A program made the translations under genes and the position numbers. A DNA stretch of 64,000 bases from Mobula hypostoma (taxonomy: Eukaryota): contig NC_086097.1 in NCBI RefSeq assembly GCF_963921235.1, forward strand, positions 118,980,001 through 119,044,000, read 5' to 3'. The notes under the pieces were generated by a model that saw nothing but the letters and a program-made list of their open reading frames with translations, had not been told where the DNA came from and did not search any database. Shown piece after piece: positions 51,981-64,000 of this stretch (positions within the stretch are counted from its first letter, which is position 1; the number at the start of each line of letters is the position of its first letter).

Positions 51981-52460
51981 GTACAAGTGCTGTTTCTATA
52001 CAAATGCATTTCATTTTCTGTCTGAAACTATACCTTCTTGCTTCTATTATATTAATAAAAGGTTTTGAAATTCTCTTTAGTTCTGTTGCATATTAAACAT
52101 AAAGATTAACTTTATTTGTCACATATAGATGGAAACATCAAAACATTCACCACCTGAAATGGTGATAGCATATGAACCTACTTAGCTAAAATAGAATAGG
52201 TTCAACTTACTTCCCATTAAATCAAAATACTGATGATACTGTAAAATGCTGCATTAATAAAACTGTCATGAAAACAGAAAATGTTGGAGAAAGTTAGCAG
52301 GTCAATTAGTGATTGGAGAGGAAGAAACGGAGTTGACATTTCGGGCAAAGAACATTTTTACCAACTTCTTTCTCTCTCGGCTGGAGTTGTGTGACCTGTG
52401 AAGTATTTTTGCTCTTTCTGGCTTTATTTAAAATTTAATTGTATTTGTTCTGCTTTCTTA

Positions 52461-53145
52461 CACTCAGGGGCTACTTTATTAGGTAGGTTTTTTTGAGTTG
52501 CTGTCAGCTTCCTGTCAGCTTGAACCAGTCTGGTCATTCTCCTCTGACCTCTCTCATTAGCAAGCTACTTTTGCCCACAGAGCTGCTACTCACTTTTGTT
52601 TTTCATACCACTCTCCATAAACTCAGAGACTGTTGTGCACGAAAATCCCAGGAGATCAGCAGTTTCTGAGATACTCAAACCACACTGTCTGGCACCAACA
52701 GTCAAATTCACTTAGACTACATTTCTTTTCCCATTCTGATGTTTGGTCTGAAAAACAACTGAACCTCCTTTTTTTCAGCGTGTCGCACCAGACAGTCAGG
52801 CGTTCTTGTCTGGCGCGTGGTGTCAGGATTGGTTTCCGTTCAGATTAGCCGGGTCACGATATGAACTTTCTTGACACGACGTTTTTTTTTACGAGGCCGA
52901 GTGGCTAGCTCGGCGCTTAACCCGGCATGGATAGAAAGCATGCTCAGGGGGTGGCCTGACTTGGATTCGAACTCGGGAGCCTTCGCTCCGGAGGCCGGTG
53001 CTGATACCATTGTGCCACCAGCTGGCACTGAACCTACTGACCATGTCTATACACTTCTATGTATTGAGTTGCTGCCACATGATAGGCTGATTAGATATTT
53101 ATATTACCAAGCAGGTATACAGGTATACCTAATAAAATGTGACCC
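52461..53145. mobile_element. Tc1-type MITE, same family as 30463-31051 in opposite orientation, interrupted by a SINE
   Basis: TA-CACTCAGGGGCTACTTTATTAGGTA ... TACCTAATAAAATG. Confidence 0.7.
52767..53026 (-). mobile_element. tRNA-derived SINE of unassigned family
   Basis: Minus strand: A box TGGCACAATGG, B box GTTCGAATCC, internal A9, terminal A-run; TSD ACTGAACCT at 52758-52766 and 53027-53035. Confidence 0.85.
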
Positions 53146-53759
53146 TATTTAGTTAATTGATATTAAACACAATTTTACAAGCAAGTTGAAACTGCATGAT
53201 TAAATTAAAAGAAAATAGGAAGTGATATCTTTGTGCTTTTAAATCTGAAATCTACCAACCAAGAAAGTAGGGTGAAAGCAAGTAATATGTCTGTTCTGCA
53301 GCTGAAGGTTGGAATTTTTTGGTAGTAAATATTCTGTGTAGATTCTTATTTACCTGAGCCCATCACCCCTACTGGGGCACAGGCCACCGATAGATCCTTC
53401 TTCTCCTAAGGTGGAGACATGCTGCTGGTGTTTCTGCAGCACTAGGTTTTCATGGGATGGGGTTATATTCCCGTGTCTAACCTCCTCCTTTAGCAGCCAG
53501 GCTTGGGACCGTCCACGACAGAGTTTCTGCATAGAGAGGGTAAATCAAATAAATGCAGGTACAGGAGCAGGATATTTATTTGTGTAGATAAACTACAGGA
53601 GTTAGGAAAGCCTTTAAGCTTATTAATACCTATATTTAAAATTTAGAATTTCTTTCAGTTGCTTATGTGATTATGGACCAAGCATAATTTCACAGTTCAT
53701 TGCAACCAATATTCATAATTGGTAATCATGCATTGACAATCATTGTAACGGTATATTGG

Positions 53760-54176
53760 ACTGGTTGGAATTTAGAAGATTGAGGGGGGATCTGATTGAA
53801 ACGTATAAAATCCTAAAGGGATTGGACAGGCTAGATGCAGGAAGATTGTTCCCGATGTTGGGGAAGTCCAGAACAAGAGGCCACAGTTTGAGGATAAAGG
53901 GGAAGCCTTTTAGGACCAAGATTAGGAAAAACTTCTTCACACAGAGAGTGGTGAATCTGTGGAATTCTCTGCCACAGGAAACAGTTGAGGCCAGTTCATT
54001 GGCTATATTTAAGAGGGAGTTAGATATGGCCCTTGTGGCTACGGGGATCAGGGGGTATGGAGGGAAGGCTGGGGCGGGGTTCTGAGTTGGATGATCAGCC
54101 ATGATCATAATAAATGGCAGTGCAGGCTCGAAGGGCCGAATGGCCTACTCCTGCACCTATTTTCTATGTTTCTATG
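53760..54176 (+). mobile_element. Young CR1 3' end, same subfamily as the 31168 and 60126 copies
   Basis: ORF 53756..54085 is almost identical to the C-terminus of 31262..32272; TTCTATGT tail. Confidence 0.95.
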
Positions 54177-54700
54177 TCTATCCACGGCCTTCTCTACTGT
54201 AAAGATGAAGCGACACTCAGGTTGGAGGAACAACACCTCATATTCCATCTGGGTAGCCTCCAACCTGATGGCATGAACATTGACTTTTCTAATTTCTGTT
54301 AATGCCCCTCCCCCCTTCTTACCCCACCCCTTATTTATTATATTTTATTTTTTCCCCTTTCTTTCTTTCCCTTTATTCTCCCTCTGTCCCTCTCACTATA
54401 TCTTCCTCTGGTGCTCCCCTCCCCCTTTCTTTCTCCCTAGGCCTCCCGTCCCATGATCCTCTCCCTTCTCCAGCCTTGTATCCCTTTTGCCAATCAACTT
54501 TCCAGCTCTTAGCTCCATCCCTCCTCCTCCTGTCTTCTCCAATCATATTGGTTCTCCCTCCCACCCTCCACTTTCAAATCTCTTACTATCTCTTCTCTCA
54601 GTTAGTCCTGACGAAGGGTCCCGGCCTGAAATATCAACTGTACCTCTTCTTTATAGATGCTGCCTGGCCTGCTGTGTTCCTCCAGCATTTTGTGCGTGTT
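54173..54700 (+). mobile_element. Penelope-like element 3' part (GIY-YIG endonuclease C-terminus plus pLTR with hammerhead-like motif)
   Basis: MSIHGLLYC.DEATLRLEEQHLIFHLGSLQPDGMN; pyrimidine-rich spacer; CTGACGA...GAAA at 54608-54631. Confidence 0.8.
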
Positions 54701-54869
54701 GATTGGAATGGATGTAACCTTTCAGTTATCCGAGTTTAAAGCTTGAATGAGTTACACATAAAATGTTGCTAATCAGGGTAAGAGCCCATGATGCTAGAGG
54801 CAAGGTAGTAGCAAGGGAAGAATGATGGAAAAGTAACCGGAATTTCACCAACTGCATAAATTAGTGTCA

Positions 54870-55500
54870 AAATCACAGTTATATATCATGGAAACAGACC
54901 CTTTGGCCTAACACTTCTATATCAGCAAATGTGTCTTCCTTAGCTATTTCCTATATTTGGTCCATCTCACACAAACCTTTCCTGTCCATGCAATTGTCCA
55001 AATCTCTATTAAACATTATAATTCGACCCACCTCTATATCTTCCTCCACAGACCCACCATCTTCTGTCTGAAAAGCATGTCTCTTAGGTCTCCTTCCACT
55101 TTCTTCCATGAGACGACAAGACCATAAAACATAGAAACAGAATTAGGCCCCCACACCTTGAGTTCAAGCTCTCCAGATTGAGAGATAAGAAATAAGACAT
55201 ACGAGCAAAATTATGGCACTTGGCCCATCAAATCTGCCCTGCCATTCATTTATAGCTGATCTATTATTCCTCTGAACTCCATTTTCCTGCCTTGCCCTTG
55301 TAACCTTTGACACCCTTACTAATCAAGAACCTATCAATATCCATTTTAAATGACTTGGCCTCCAGGGTCATCTGTGGCAATGAATTCCACAGAGACATCA
55401 CCCTCCTAATAAAGAAATTCATCCTGATCTTTGTTCTAGAGGGATGTACTTCTAATATTGAAGCTGAGCCCTCTGGTTCTAGACTCCCCCACTGGAAGAT
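54870..55500 (-). mobile_element. Stacked degenerate CR1 3' ends
   Basis: ORF 55264..55560 NFFIRRVMSLWNSLPQ; several CR1-type tails. Confidence 0.7.
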
Positions 55501-57784
55501 ACACTCTTTTCCATTTTGTACTCTCCTAATCTGGGATAAAAGAACTGAAAAGCGCATCAATCTTATTCATGATTTTCTAAGCCCCTCAACCTTCTTCTCT
55601 CCATGGAGTGTATTCCCATTTTATACAGTCACCCCCTATAATTCAAGCATTCCACTTTTGGCAACATCTTTCCTGCACCATTTTCAGATTAATAACATTC
55701 TACCAAGAATATGCTGAGTGATTTTTATTGTGTGTGTGAGGAGCATATTTTCGGGACTAGAGAGTTCTTTCAGGTTTCTAAAAGGTCAACATTTCTTGCT
55801 TTAAAAATGCAGAACTATTTCTTAGGAGTCAAAATGGATACGTTTAGTCAGGGTGAATAGAAATTGGAGTTTTTGAAGGAACTTTAGAAGAAAAGGAGAA
55901 GTGGAGTCAAAGATTTTGAGGAATGCAATTCCTAATAGGGTGGCAGGGTGGAGATATGTCTCTACCAAAGGAGGTGTAAGTTGCTCCATCCCTCCACTAG
56001 TCTGCAGGTCACCCTTGGGCAAGCTGTATTACCTGCTTAGCACCCCCAGTCAGGGTCGTCTGATTTGCACCAACTGCTCATACGACAATCCACCACCTGC
56101 TCCCATAGCTCCAAGTGACAATCATCAAGCAGCTAAGCAGGTTGTGGAAAGATACACATAAAGTAGGTTTCAATTTGTATTAAAGGGGAAACCAGAGCGA
56201 ACTGAAGGGATGGATCTCTGTGACAACGTGAACATCAGGAGATTTTGAGACAAATATTGGAGAAAGATGCAATAGCCTGTGTCATGATTCCACCTGTGTA
56301 GCTGCGTGACAGTGGTCTCTCTGACCTCGGGACTGTTCCCAGGGACATACTCACAGACAGACAAGAAATGCTGCTGGCAAATTATCATCTCGGTGAAAGC
56401 TGCCCTTTAGCCTGTCCGAAACATGTTGGCATGCCAGCACATTGACATGTCCGCAGAGGAGGTCTGCTGACTGACGCATTCCAGGCTGCAGGAATACATG
56501 CTGAGGGTTGCACTAACGCTTGGTGCAGGCATCACAAGAACCGGTGGGGAAAAGCCAAAAAAATATGGGGTTCTTCCATTACCAGAGAGTGAGGGTCTGT
56601 AGATCTGGTGTGGGTGCAGGATCAACCGACAAATCAACACAGTCCACTAAACCTCCAAATTCTGACAGAAATATATTACATACTGTGCGAAATATATTGG
56701 GAATTAGTCTTTTTAATGCTTGGCTGCAGCTCTGCTGATAAATATAACACATGTTTTATGATCTAAAAGTGTTAATTTAGAGAATAAATCAACCAAATTC
56801 ATAACTAATTCAAATAAGTCAGGTAATTTTCCCTTTAATTTGACATGGCCAATAAAAAGTCTTCTATTTCCCGAAAAGAAATGCAAAACAGCAGATGGTT
56901 CAGCAGTAAATGTTTGATAATTTACAAGAATACTGATGTAACTGACACTGAGCACCAATACACAAAGGAGGAGAAGCAATTACAGAGGTATAGCTATTTT
57001 GTATCTTTAATGGAGATTTATTGTTAAATTGTGCGCATAATTATATATCTGATGAATAGTGGTGCATATTCTGTAATTTATGCTTGATGGTCGTATGTAG
57101 AAATAGTCATTATTGTGTTTGCATAAGATATTATAAATAACTTAAACATTGTATTGTCACCTTCTTTGCAGTTATCAGTGATACTTTCTGACTAAAACTG
57201 CCTGGATTTTAATGGGTTGAATACTATATCCAATTAACAAAAAAAAATTTGTATTTAAATTTGTGAAAACCTAGTGATAAGAGATTTAATTTTATTGTGC
57301 TTTCTCCTTCCAATCCTTTGACTTGTCTTCAGAATCTTGTGATCACTATTTGTTTAATGTTGTATAATCCTATTTTAAAATATGATCTATATCACTGAAG
57401 CAGCATATTAATATTACCATGCAAATTTAACTTGCTCCCTTGCCTGCCATATTTATGAGAATATGCTTAATTCTCAGATTATATTAATCTTGATTTTAGA
57501 TTTCAAAGTTATGTATTAAATAAGATTTCTACTATTTAAACAAACAGCCCAGTGGGGATTTTTGTAACACATCATCAGTAAATGTGTGATAAATGCACAT
57601 TGATATGACATCAACTTATCAGATGCAATCATGACAAAAGGTAACTGAAGTATTTATTGAATGACAATTCTCGTATCCCCTACGGTGGGGTTTCAGAGTG
57701 ATAAACTGGTCGAGCCTATAGATTAACAATGCCACAAACTAGTTGCCACAAACTAGTGGTGACTCAAGCAAAGTTCTTGAGGAC

Positions 57785-60700
57785 TCATAGTTCCGCATCT
57801 CTGTTTTGAAAGGGCGCCCCTCTATCCTGAGGCTGTGTCTGTTGAGTGCTCACATTTATAAAGGGCACCCTTCCATCTAGACCTTTTGAAATGAAGGCTA
57901 ACATGGCATTTGCCTTCTTCACCATCGACTCAACCTGCAAGTTAACCTTCAGGGTGTTTTGCACAAGGACTCCCAAGCCCCTCTGCATCTCAGATTCCTG
58001 GATTTTCTGCCTGTTTAGAAAATAGTCTGCACGTCTATTTATTCTACCAAAGTGTATGACCATGCATTTTCCAACATTGTATTTCATTTGCCACTTTCTT
58101 GCCCATTCTCCGAATCAGTCCTAGTCCTTCTGCATCCTACCTGTTTCCTCAACACTACTACCTGCCCTTCTACAATCTCCGTATCAACTGCAAACTTGGC
58201 ACCAAAGTCTTCTATTCCATCATCTAAATCATTTATATACAGCATAAAAAGAAGTGGTCCCAACACCAACCTCTGCGGAACACCACTGGTCACTGGCAGC
58301 CAACCAGATAAGGATCCTTTTATTCCCACTCACTGCCTCCTTCCAATCAGCCAATGCTCTAACCATGTTAGTAACTTTCCTGTAATACCATGGGCTCATA
58401 ACTTGGTAAGCAGCCTCATGTGTGGTACCTTGTCAAAGGCCTTCTGAAAGTTCAAGTATACAACATCCACTGCATCCCCTTTATCTGTCTTTCTTGTAAT
58501 CTCCTCAAAGAATTCCAAAAGGTTTGTCAGACAGGATTTTCCATGAAGAAAATCATGCTGACTTTATACTATCTTGTCCTATGTCACCAAGTACTCCATC
58601 ACCTCATCCCTAACAATTGACTCTAACATCTTCTCAACCACTAAGGTTAGACTAACTGATCTATAATTTCCTTTCTGCTGCCTTCCTCCTTTCTTAAAGT
58701 GTGGAGTAATGTTTGCAATTTTCCAGTCCTCTGGCACCATGACAGAGTCCACCAACAATTTTTGAAAGATCACCTCTAATCCCACCACAATCTCTAACAC
58801 TACCTCTTTCAGAACCCGAGGGTGCAGTTCATCTAAGTACTTACGTACTTTTAAGTCTTCAGCTTTTTGAGCATCTTCTCTCTTGTAATAGTAACTGCAC
58901 CCACTTCTCTTCCTTCACACATTACAATATCAGGCGTACGGCTAGTGTCTCCACAGTTGAGACTGACATAAGATATTCATTCAGTTGAGTGGCCATTTCC
59001 TTGTTCCCTGTTATTATTTCTTCTGCCTCTTTCTAGCGGCCCATATCCACCCTCATTTCTCATTTTATTTTTAACATACTAGAAAAAAGTTTTGCTATCC
59101 ACTTTGATATTATCTGCTAGCTTGCTTTCATATTTCACTTTTTCCTTTCTAATGATTTTTTTTAGTTGCTCCCTGTAGCTTTTTTAAAAACTTCTCAATC
59201 CTCTGTCTTCCCACTAATTTTTGCTTTGTTATATGGCCTTCCTTTTGCTTTTACAATACCTTTGACTTCCCTTATCAGCCATGGTTGTACTATTTTACCA
59301 TTTGAGTATTTCTTCATTTTTGGAATACACATGTCCTACACCCTCCTCAGTTTTCCCGGAAATGCACACCATTGCTGCTCTGCTGACATCCCTGTCAGCA
59401 GCTCCATCCAATTTACTTTGGTCAACACCTCTCTCATGTAATTTCCCTTACTCCACTGAAATACTGCTACATCAGACTTTACTTTCTCCCTATCAAATTT
59501 CAAGTTGAACACAATCATATTGTAATCAATGCTTCCTAAGGGTTCTTTTACCTTAAACTCCCTAATTGCCTCCAGTTCATTACATACCATCCAATCCAGT
59601 ATAGCTGATCCCCGAGTAGGTTCAACAACAAACTGCTCTGAAAAGCTATCTCTTAGGTATTCAACAAACTCACTCTCTTGAGATCCATTACCAACCTGAT
59701 TTTCCCAATCTACCTGCATGTTAAAATCTCCCATGTCGATCATAACATTGCCCTTTTGACACGCCTTTTCTATTTCCTGTTGTAACCTGTGGTCCACCTC
59801 CCAGCCACTGTTGGGAGGCCTGTATATAACTGCCATCAGGGTCCTTTTACTCTTGCAGTTTCTCAACTCAACCCACAAGGATTCAACGTCTTCCGATCCT
59901 ATGTCACATCTTTCTACTGATTTGATGCCATTCTTTACCAGTGGAGCCATACCACCCCCTCTGGCTACCTTCCTAACCCTCCGATATAATGGGTAACCTT
60001 GGACATTCACCTCCCAACTACAACCATCCTTCAGCCACAATTCAGCGATGGCCACAGCATTATACCTGGCAATCTGCAATACTGCAAGAAGATCATCCAC
60101 CTTATTTCTTATACTTCATGCTATCATAGAAACATAGAAACATAGAAAATAGGTGCAGGAGTAGGCCATTCGGACCTTCGAGCCTGCACCGCCATTTATT
60201 ATGATCATGGCTGATCATCCAACTCAGAACCCGCCCCAGCCTTCCCTCCATACCCCCTGATCCCCCTAGCCACAAGGGCCATATCTAACTCCCTCTTAAA
60301 TATAGCCAATGTACTGGGCTCAACTGTTTCCTGTGGCAGAGAATTCCACAGATTCACCACTCTCTGTGTGAAGAAGTTTTTCCTAATCTCGGTCCTAAAA
60401 AGGCTTCCCCTTTATCCTCAACTGTGACCCCTCGTTCTGGACTTCCCCAACATTGGAAACAACCTTCCTGCATCTAGCCTGTCCAATCCCTTTAGGATTT
60501 TATATGTTTCAATCAGATCCCCCCTCAATCTTCTAAATTCCAACGAGTACAAGCCCAGTTCATCCAGTCTTTCTTCATATGAAAGTCCTGCCATCCCAGG
60601 AATCAATCTGGTGAACCTTCTTTGTACTCCCTCTATGGCAAGGATGTCTTTCCTCAGATTAGGGGACCAAAATTGCACACAATACTCCAGGTGTGGTCTC

Positions 60701-62800
60701 ACCAAGGCCTTGTACAACTGCAGTAGTACCTCCCTGCTCCTGTACTCGAATCCTCTTGCTATAAATGCCAGCATACCATTCGCCTTTTTCACCGCCTGCT
60801 GTACCTGCATGCCCACTTTCAATGACTGGTGTATAATGACACCCAGGTCTCGTTGCACCTCCCCTTTTCCTAATCGGCCACCATTCAGATAATAATCTGT
60901 TTTCCTATTTTTGCCACCAAAGTGGATAACTTCACATTTATCCACATTAAATTGCATCTGCCATGAATTTGCCCACTCACCCAACCTATCCAAGTCACTC
61001 TGCATCCTCTTAGCATCCTCCTCACAGCTAACACTGCCACCCAGCTTCGTGTCATCCGCAAACTTGGAGATGCTGCATTTAATTCCCTCATCCAAGTCAT
61101 TAATATATATTGTAAACAACTGGGGTCCCAGCACTGAGCCTTGCGGTACCCCACTAGTCACCGCCTGCCATTCTGAAAAGGTCCCGTTTATTCCCACTCT
61201 TTGCTTCCTGTCTGCTAACCAATTCTCCATCCACATCAACACCTTACCCCCAATACCGTGCGCTTTAAGTTTGCACATTAATCTCCTGTGTGGGACCTTG
61301 TCAAAAGCCTTTTGAAAATCCAAATATACAACATCCACTGGTTCTCCCCTATCCACTCTACTAGTTACATCCTCAAAAAATTCTATGAGATTCGTCAGAC
61401 ATGATTTTCCTTTCACAAATCCATGCTGACTTTGTCCGATCATTTCACCGCTTTCCAAATGTGCTGTTATCACATCTTTGATAACTGACTCCAGCAGTTT
61501 CCCCACCACCGACGTTAGGCTAACCGGTCTATAATTCCCCGGTTTCTCTCTCCCTCCTTTTTTAAAAAGTGGGGTTACATTAGCCACCCTCCAATCCTCA
61601 GGAACTAGTCCAGAATCTAACGAGTTTTGAAAAATTATCACTAATGCATCCACTATTTCTTGGGCTACTTCCTTAAGCTCTCTAGGATGCAGACCATCTG
61701 GCCCTGGGGATTTATCTGCCTTCAATCCGTTCAATTTACCTAACACCACTTCCCTACTAACATGTATTTCGCTCAGTTCCTCCATCTCACTGGACCCTCT
61801 GTCCCCTACTATTTCTGGAAGATTATTTATGTCCTCCTTAGTGAAGACAGAACCGAAGTAATTATTCAATTGGTCCGCCATGTCCTTGCTCCCCATAATC
61901 AATTCACCTGTTTCTGTCTGTAGGGGACCTACATTTGTCTTTACCAGTCTTTTCCTTTTTACATATCTATAAAAGCTTTTACAGTCAGTTTTTATGTTCC
62001 CTGCCAGTTTTCTCTCATAATCTTTTTTCCCCTTCCTAATTAAGCCCTTTGTCCTCTGCTGAACTCTGAATTTCTCCCAGTCCTCAGGTGAGCCACTTTC
62101 TCTGGCTAATTTGTATGCTTCTTCTTTGGAATTGATTCTATCCCTAATTTCCCTTGTCAGCCACGGGTGCACTACCTTCCTTGATTTATTCTTTTGCCAA
62201 ACTGGGATGAACAATTGTTGTAGTTCATCCATGCAACCTTTAAATGCTTGCCATTGCATATCCACCGTCAATCATTTAAGTGTCATTTGCCAGTCTATCT
62301 TAGTTAATTCACGTCTCATACTTTCAAAGTTACCCCTCTTTAAGTTCAGAACCTTTGTTTCTGAATTAACTATCCTTTCTGAATCTGCATCCCTAATGAT
62401 TTGATACTCAGCTTGTTGGCTGTAACTAACTCCCATCACCTGCCTGCCCTTCCCAACAATCTGACTGCACACTATCTGCACTTTTTTTTACCAACCATCC
62501 TTTCCTGAGTCCCTTCACTCCAGTTCCAACCCCCCTGCCTAGTTATTTTAAACCTTCCCCACCAGCTCTATCAAACCTGCCTGCGAGAATATTGGTCCCC
62601 CTCGGGTTCAGGTGCAACCCATCACTTTTAAACAGGTCATGCATCCCCCAGAAGAGATCCCAATGATCCAAGAACCTGAAGCCCTGCCCCGTGCATCAGC
62701 TTCTCAGCCACACATTTATCTGCCAGATCATCCTCTTTCTAACCTCACTGGTGTGTGGCTGGAAATTACTACCCGGGAGGTCCTACCTCTCAGCTTTCTC
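57785..62800 (-). mobile_element. Older CR1 (ORF1 esterase C-terminus at 62550-62790; endonuclease and RT at 57785-60125), split by a young CR1
   Basis: Antisense GFRFLDHWDLFWG..DLFKSDGLHLN; ORF 59336..60100 (IYRPPN, MGDFN); RT pieces at 57785-58800. Confidence 0.85.
60126..62369 (-). mobile_element. Young CR1, 5'-truncated, with a 617-aa open RT ORF (60418..62271)
   Basis: Complete RT motif set (KSPGPDG, YRPVSLTS, QHGF, LDFQKAFDKVPH, PQGS, FADD); TSD CTATC at 60121-60125 and 62370-62374. Confidence 0.95.
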
Positions 62801-62832
62801 CTACCCCTTGAAATGACTCTTGAATCACAGTT

Positions 62833-63065
62833 TGTCGTGTTTTGTAACTTCAAAACATTAAACTTATTCAAAAGAATACACAGGTCTAACTTGGAGTTTA
62901 CTTTAAGTGAGGGACGCACATATCTTATGGTAGTGAGATGATGTATGCAATTCACGTATTTATACATATAACCCATACTGAATTATTTAAACAAACATAA
63001 ATGCTTAATCAGCCAATAAATGTACAAGATTACTCAAATATTATTGAAATATTAAATACACAACA
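62833..63065. mobile_element. Short solo LTR (or MITE), 233 bp
   Basis: Inverted termini TGTCGTGTTT and AAATACACAACA; 5-bp TSD-like CAGTT/CTGTT. Confidence 0.55.
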
Positions 63066-63177
63066 CTGTTCTATGACACTAATTTTAGTAACAGAAATAG
63101 AGCACAGATTTGAAGAGGTGACCTACTAAGATCACCATAATCGCTGGCCTCTGTCTTTTGATCACAGATCATAACCA

Positions 63178-63437
63178 CAGGGTGAGCACTACACTATTAC
63201 AGCTCGGGGCATCAGAGCTTGGAGATCTGAAAGGAGTTTGTATGTTCTCCCCGTGAATGCATGAGTGTCGTCTGTATGCTCCAACTTCTTCCCAGGGTCC
63301 ATAGATTGTAAGTAGGCTAATTTCTCATTACAAATTGTCCTGTGATTAGGCTAGGGTTAAGTAGGTGGGTTGATGGACAGTGAGGCTTATTGGGCTGGAA
63401 GGGCCTGTTCTGTGGTGTATCTCTAAATAAAATAAAA
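63178..63437 (+). mobile_element. V-SINE (HE1-like) with CR1-type tail
   Basis: Similar to 28047-28328; ends GAAGGGCCTGTTCTGTGGTGTATCTCTAAATAAA. Confidence 0.7.
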
Positions 63438-63477
63438 CAATACATAACTGTCGGCTTGACCTTACTCCTTCCAATGT

Positions 63478-64000
63478 CATATCTAACTTTGCTGAAGTCA
63501 CCACCGCTGTTGGCTTAATCAACATATTGGAATGAATCACATGTTGGAGGGAGACTGAAAATCTGGTTGAATGGTGCCATAACAACAACCGCTTACTCAA
63601 TGTCAATAAATCAAGGCACTAATTATCAACTACAGGAGGAAGAAGCTGGCGGTCCTTGAGACAATCTTCATTCAGGGATCTGAGGTGGAAAGTAACTTTA
63701 AATTCCTTGATATTATTATATCGGAGGAACTGTCCTGGGACAAGCATGTAAATGCCATCACAAGGAAGGAACAATAGTTTTTCAACTTTGTTAGAAGTTT
63801 CTGTAGATTCATGTTATCTCAAATTTTGACAAACTTCTATAGATGCACAGTGGAGAGAATCCCAACTGATTGCATCACAGCCTGGGACAGAAGCACCAAT
63901 GCCCAGGAAGGAGAAGTCTACAGAAGGTGGTAGATACAGCTCAGTCCATCACAGGCAAAAACCTCCCTACAGCTCAGCACCTTTAAATGGGGCACTGCCA
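63478..64000 (+). mobile_element. Rex1/Babar-type RT C-terminal fragment, running off the window
   Basis: FAEVTT.VGLI, LVEWCHNNN.LLNV, FYRCTVE. Confidence 0.75.

Noticed and set aside
57730..57757. Short direct repeat TGCCACAAACTAGT x2, and microsatellite tails, as a CRISPR-like array
   Set aside because: Only a two-unit tandem duplication with no spacers, in a eukaryotic context with no cas genes.

Overview
This is eukaryotic, AT-rich, repeat-saturated genomic DNA. The repeat set (CR1 LINEs with an SGNH-esterase ORF1, HE1-like V-SINEs, Rex1/Babar, Penelope-like ends, L1/Tx1, a Gmr1-type Gypsy, hAT and Tc1 MITEs) suggests a cartilaginous fish, probably a ray; this is inference. I found no convincing host gene, rRNA, true tRNA or CRISPR array, so the window looks intronic or intergenic, and nearly all ORFs in the track are transposon-derived or their antisense shadows. 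Highlights: (1) a ~17.4 kb nested stack in which one CR1 (7620-24992) was split by a full-length L1, a CR1 3' piece, an LTR-like element carrying an L1 fragment that carries a CR1 and a solo LTR, and a complete two-LTR Gypsy, mostly with readable target-site duplications (TSDs); (2) that Gypsy is Gmr1-like (SCAN-like gag, PR-IN-RT order, tRNA-Pro-like PBS) and has lost its integrase, RT and RNase H cores by apparently frame-preserving deletions; (3) a young CR1 subfamily with three near-identical copies; (4) SINEs with different LINE-derived tails; (5) hammerhead-ribozyme motifs in Penelope ends; (6) a few non-repetitive islands with enhancer-like motifs. I cannot support a novel host-encoded system from this sequence alone.
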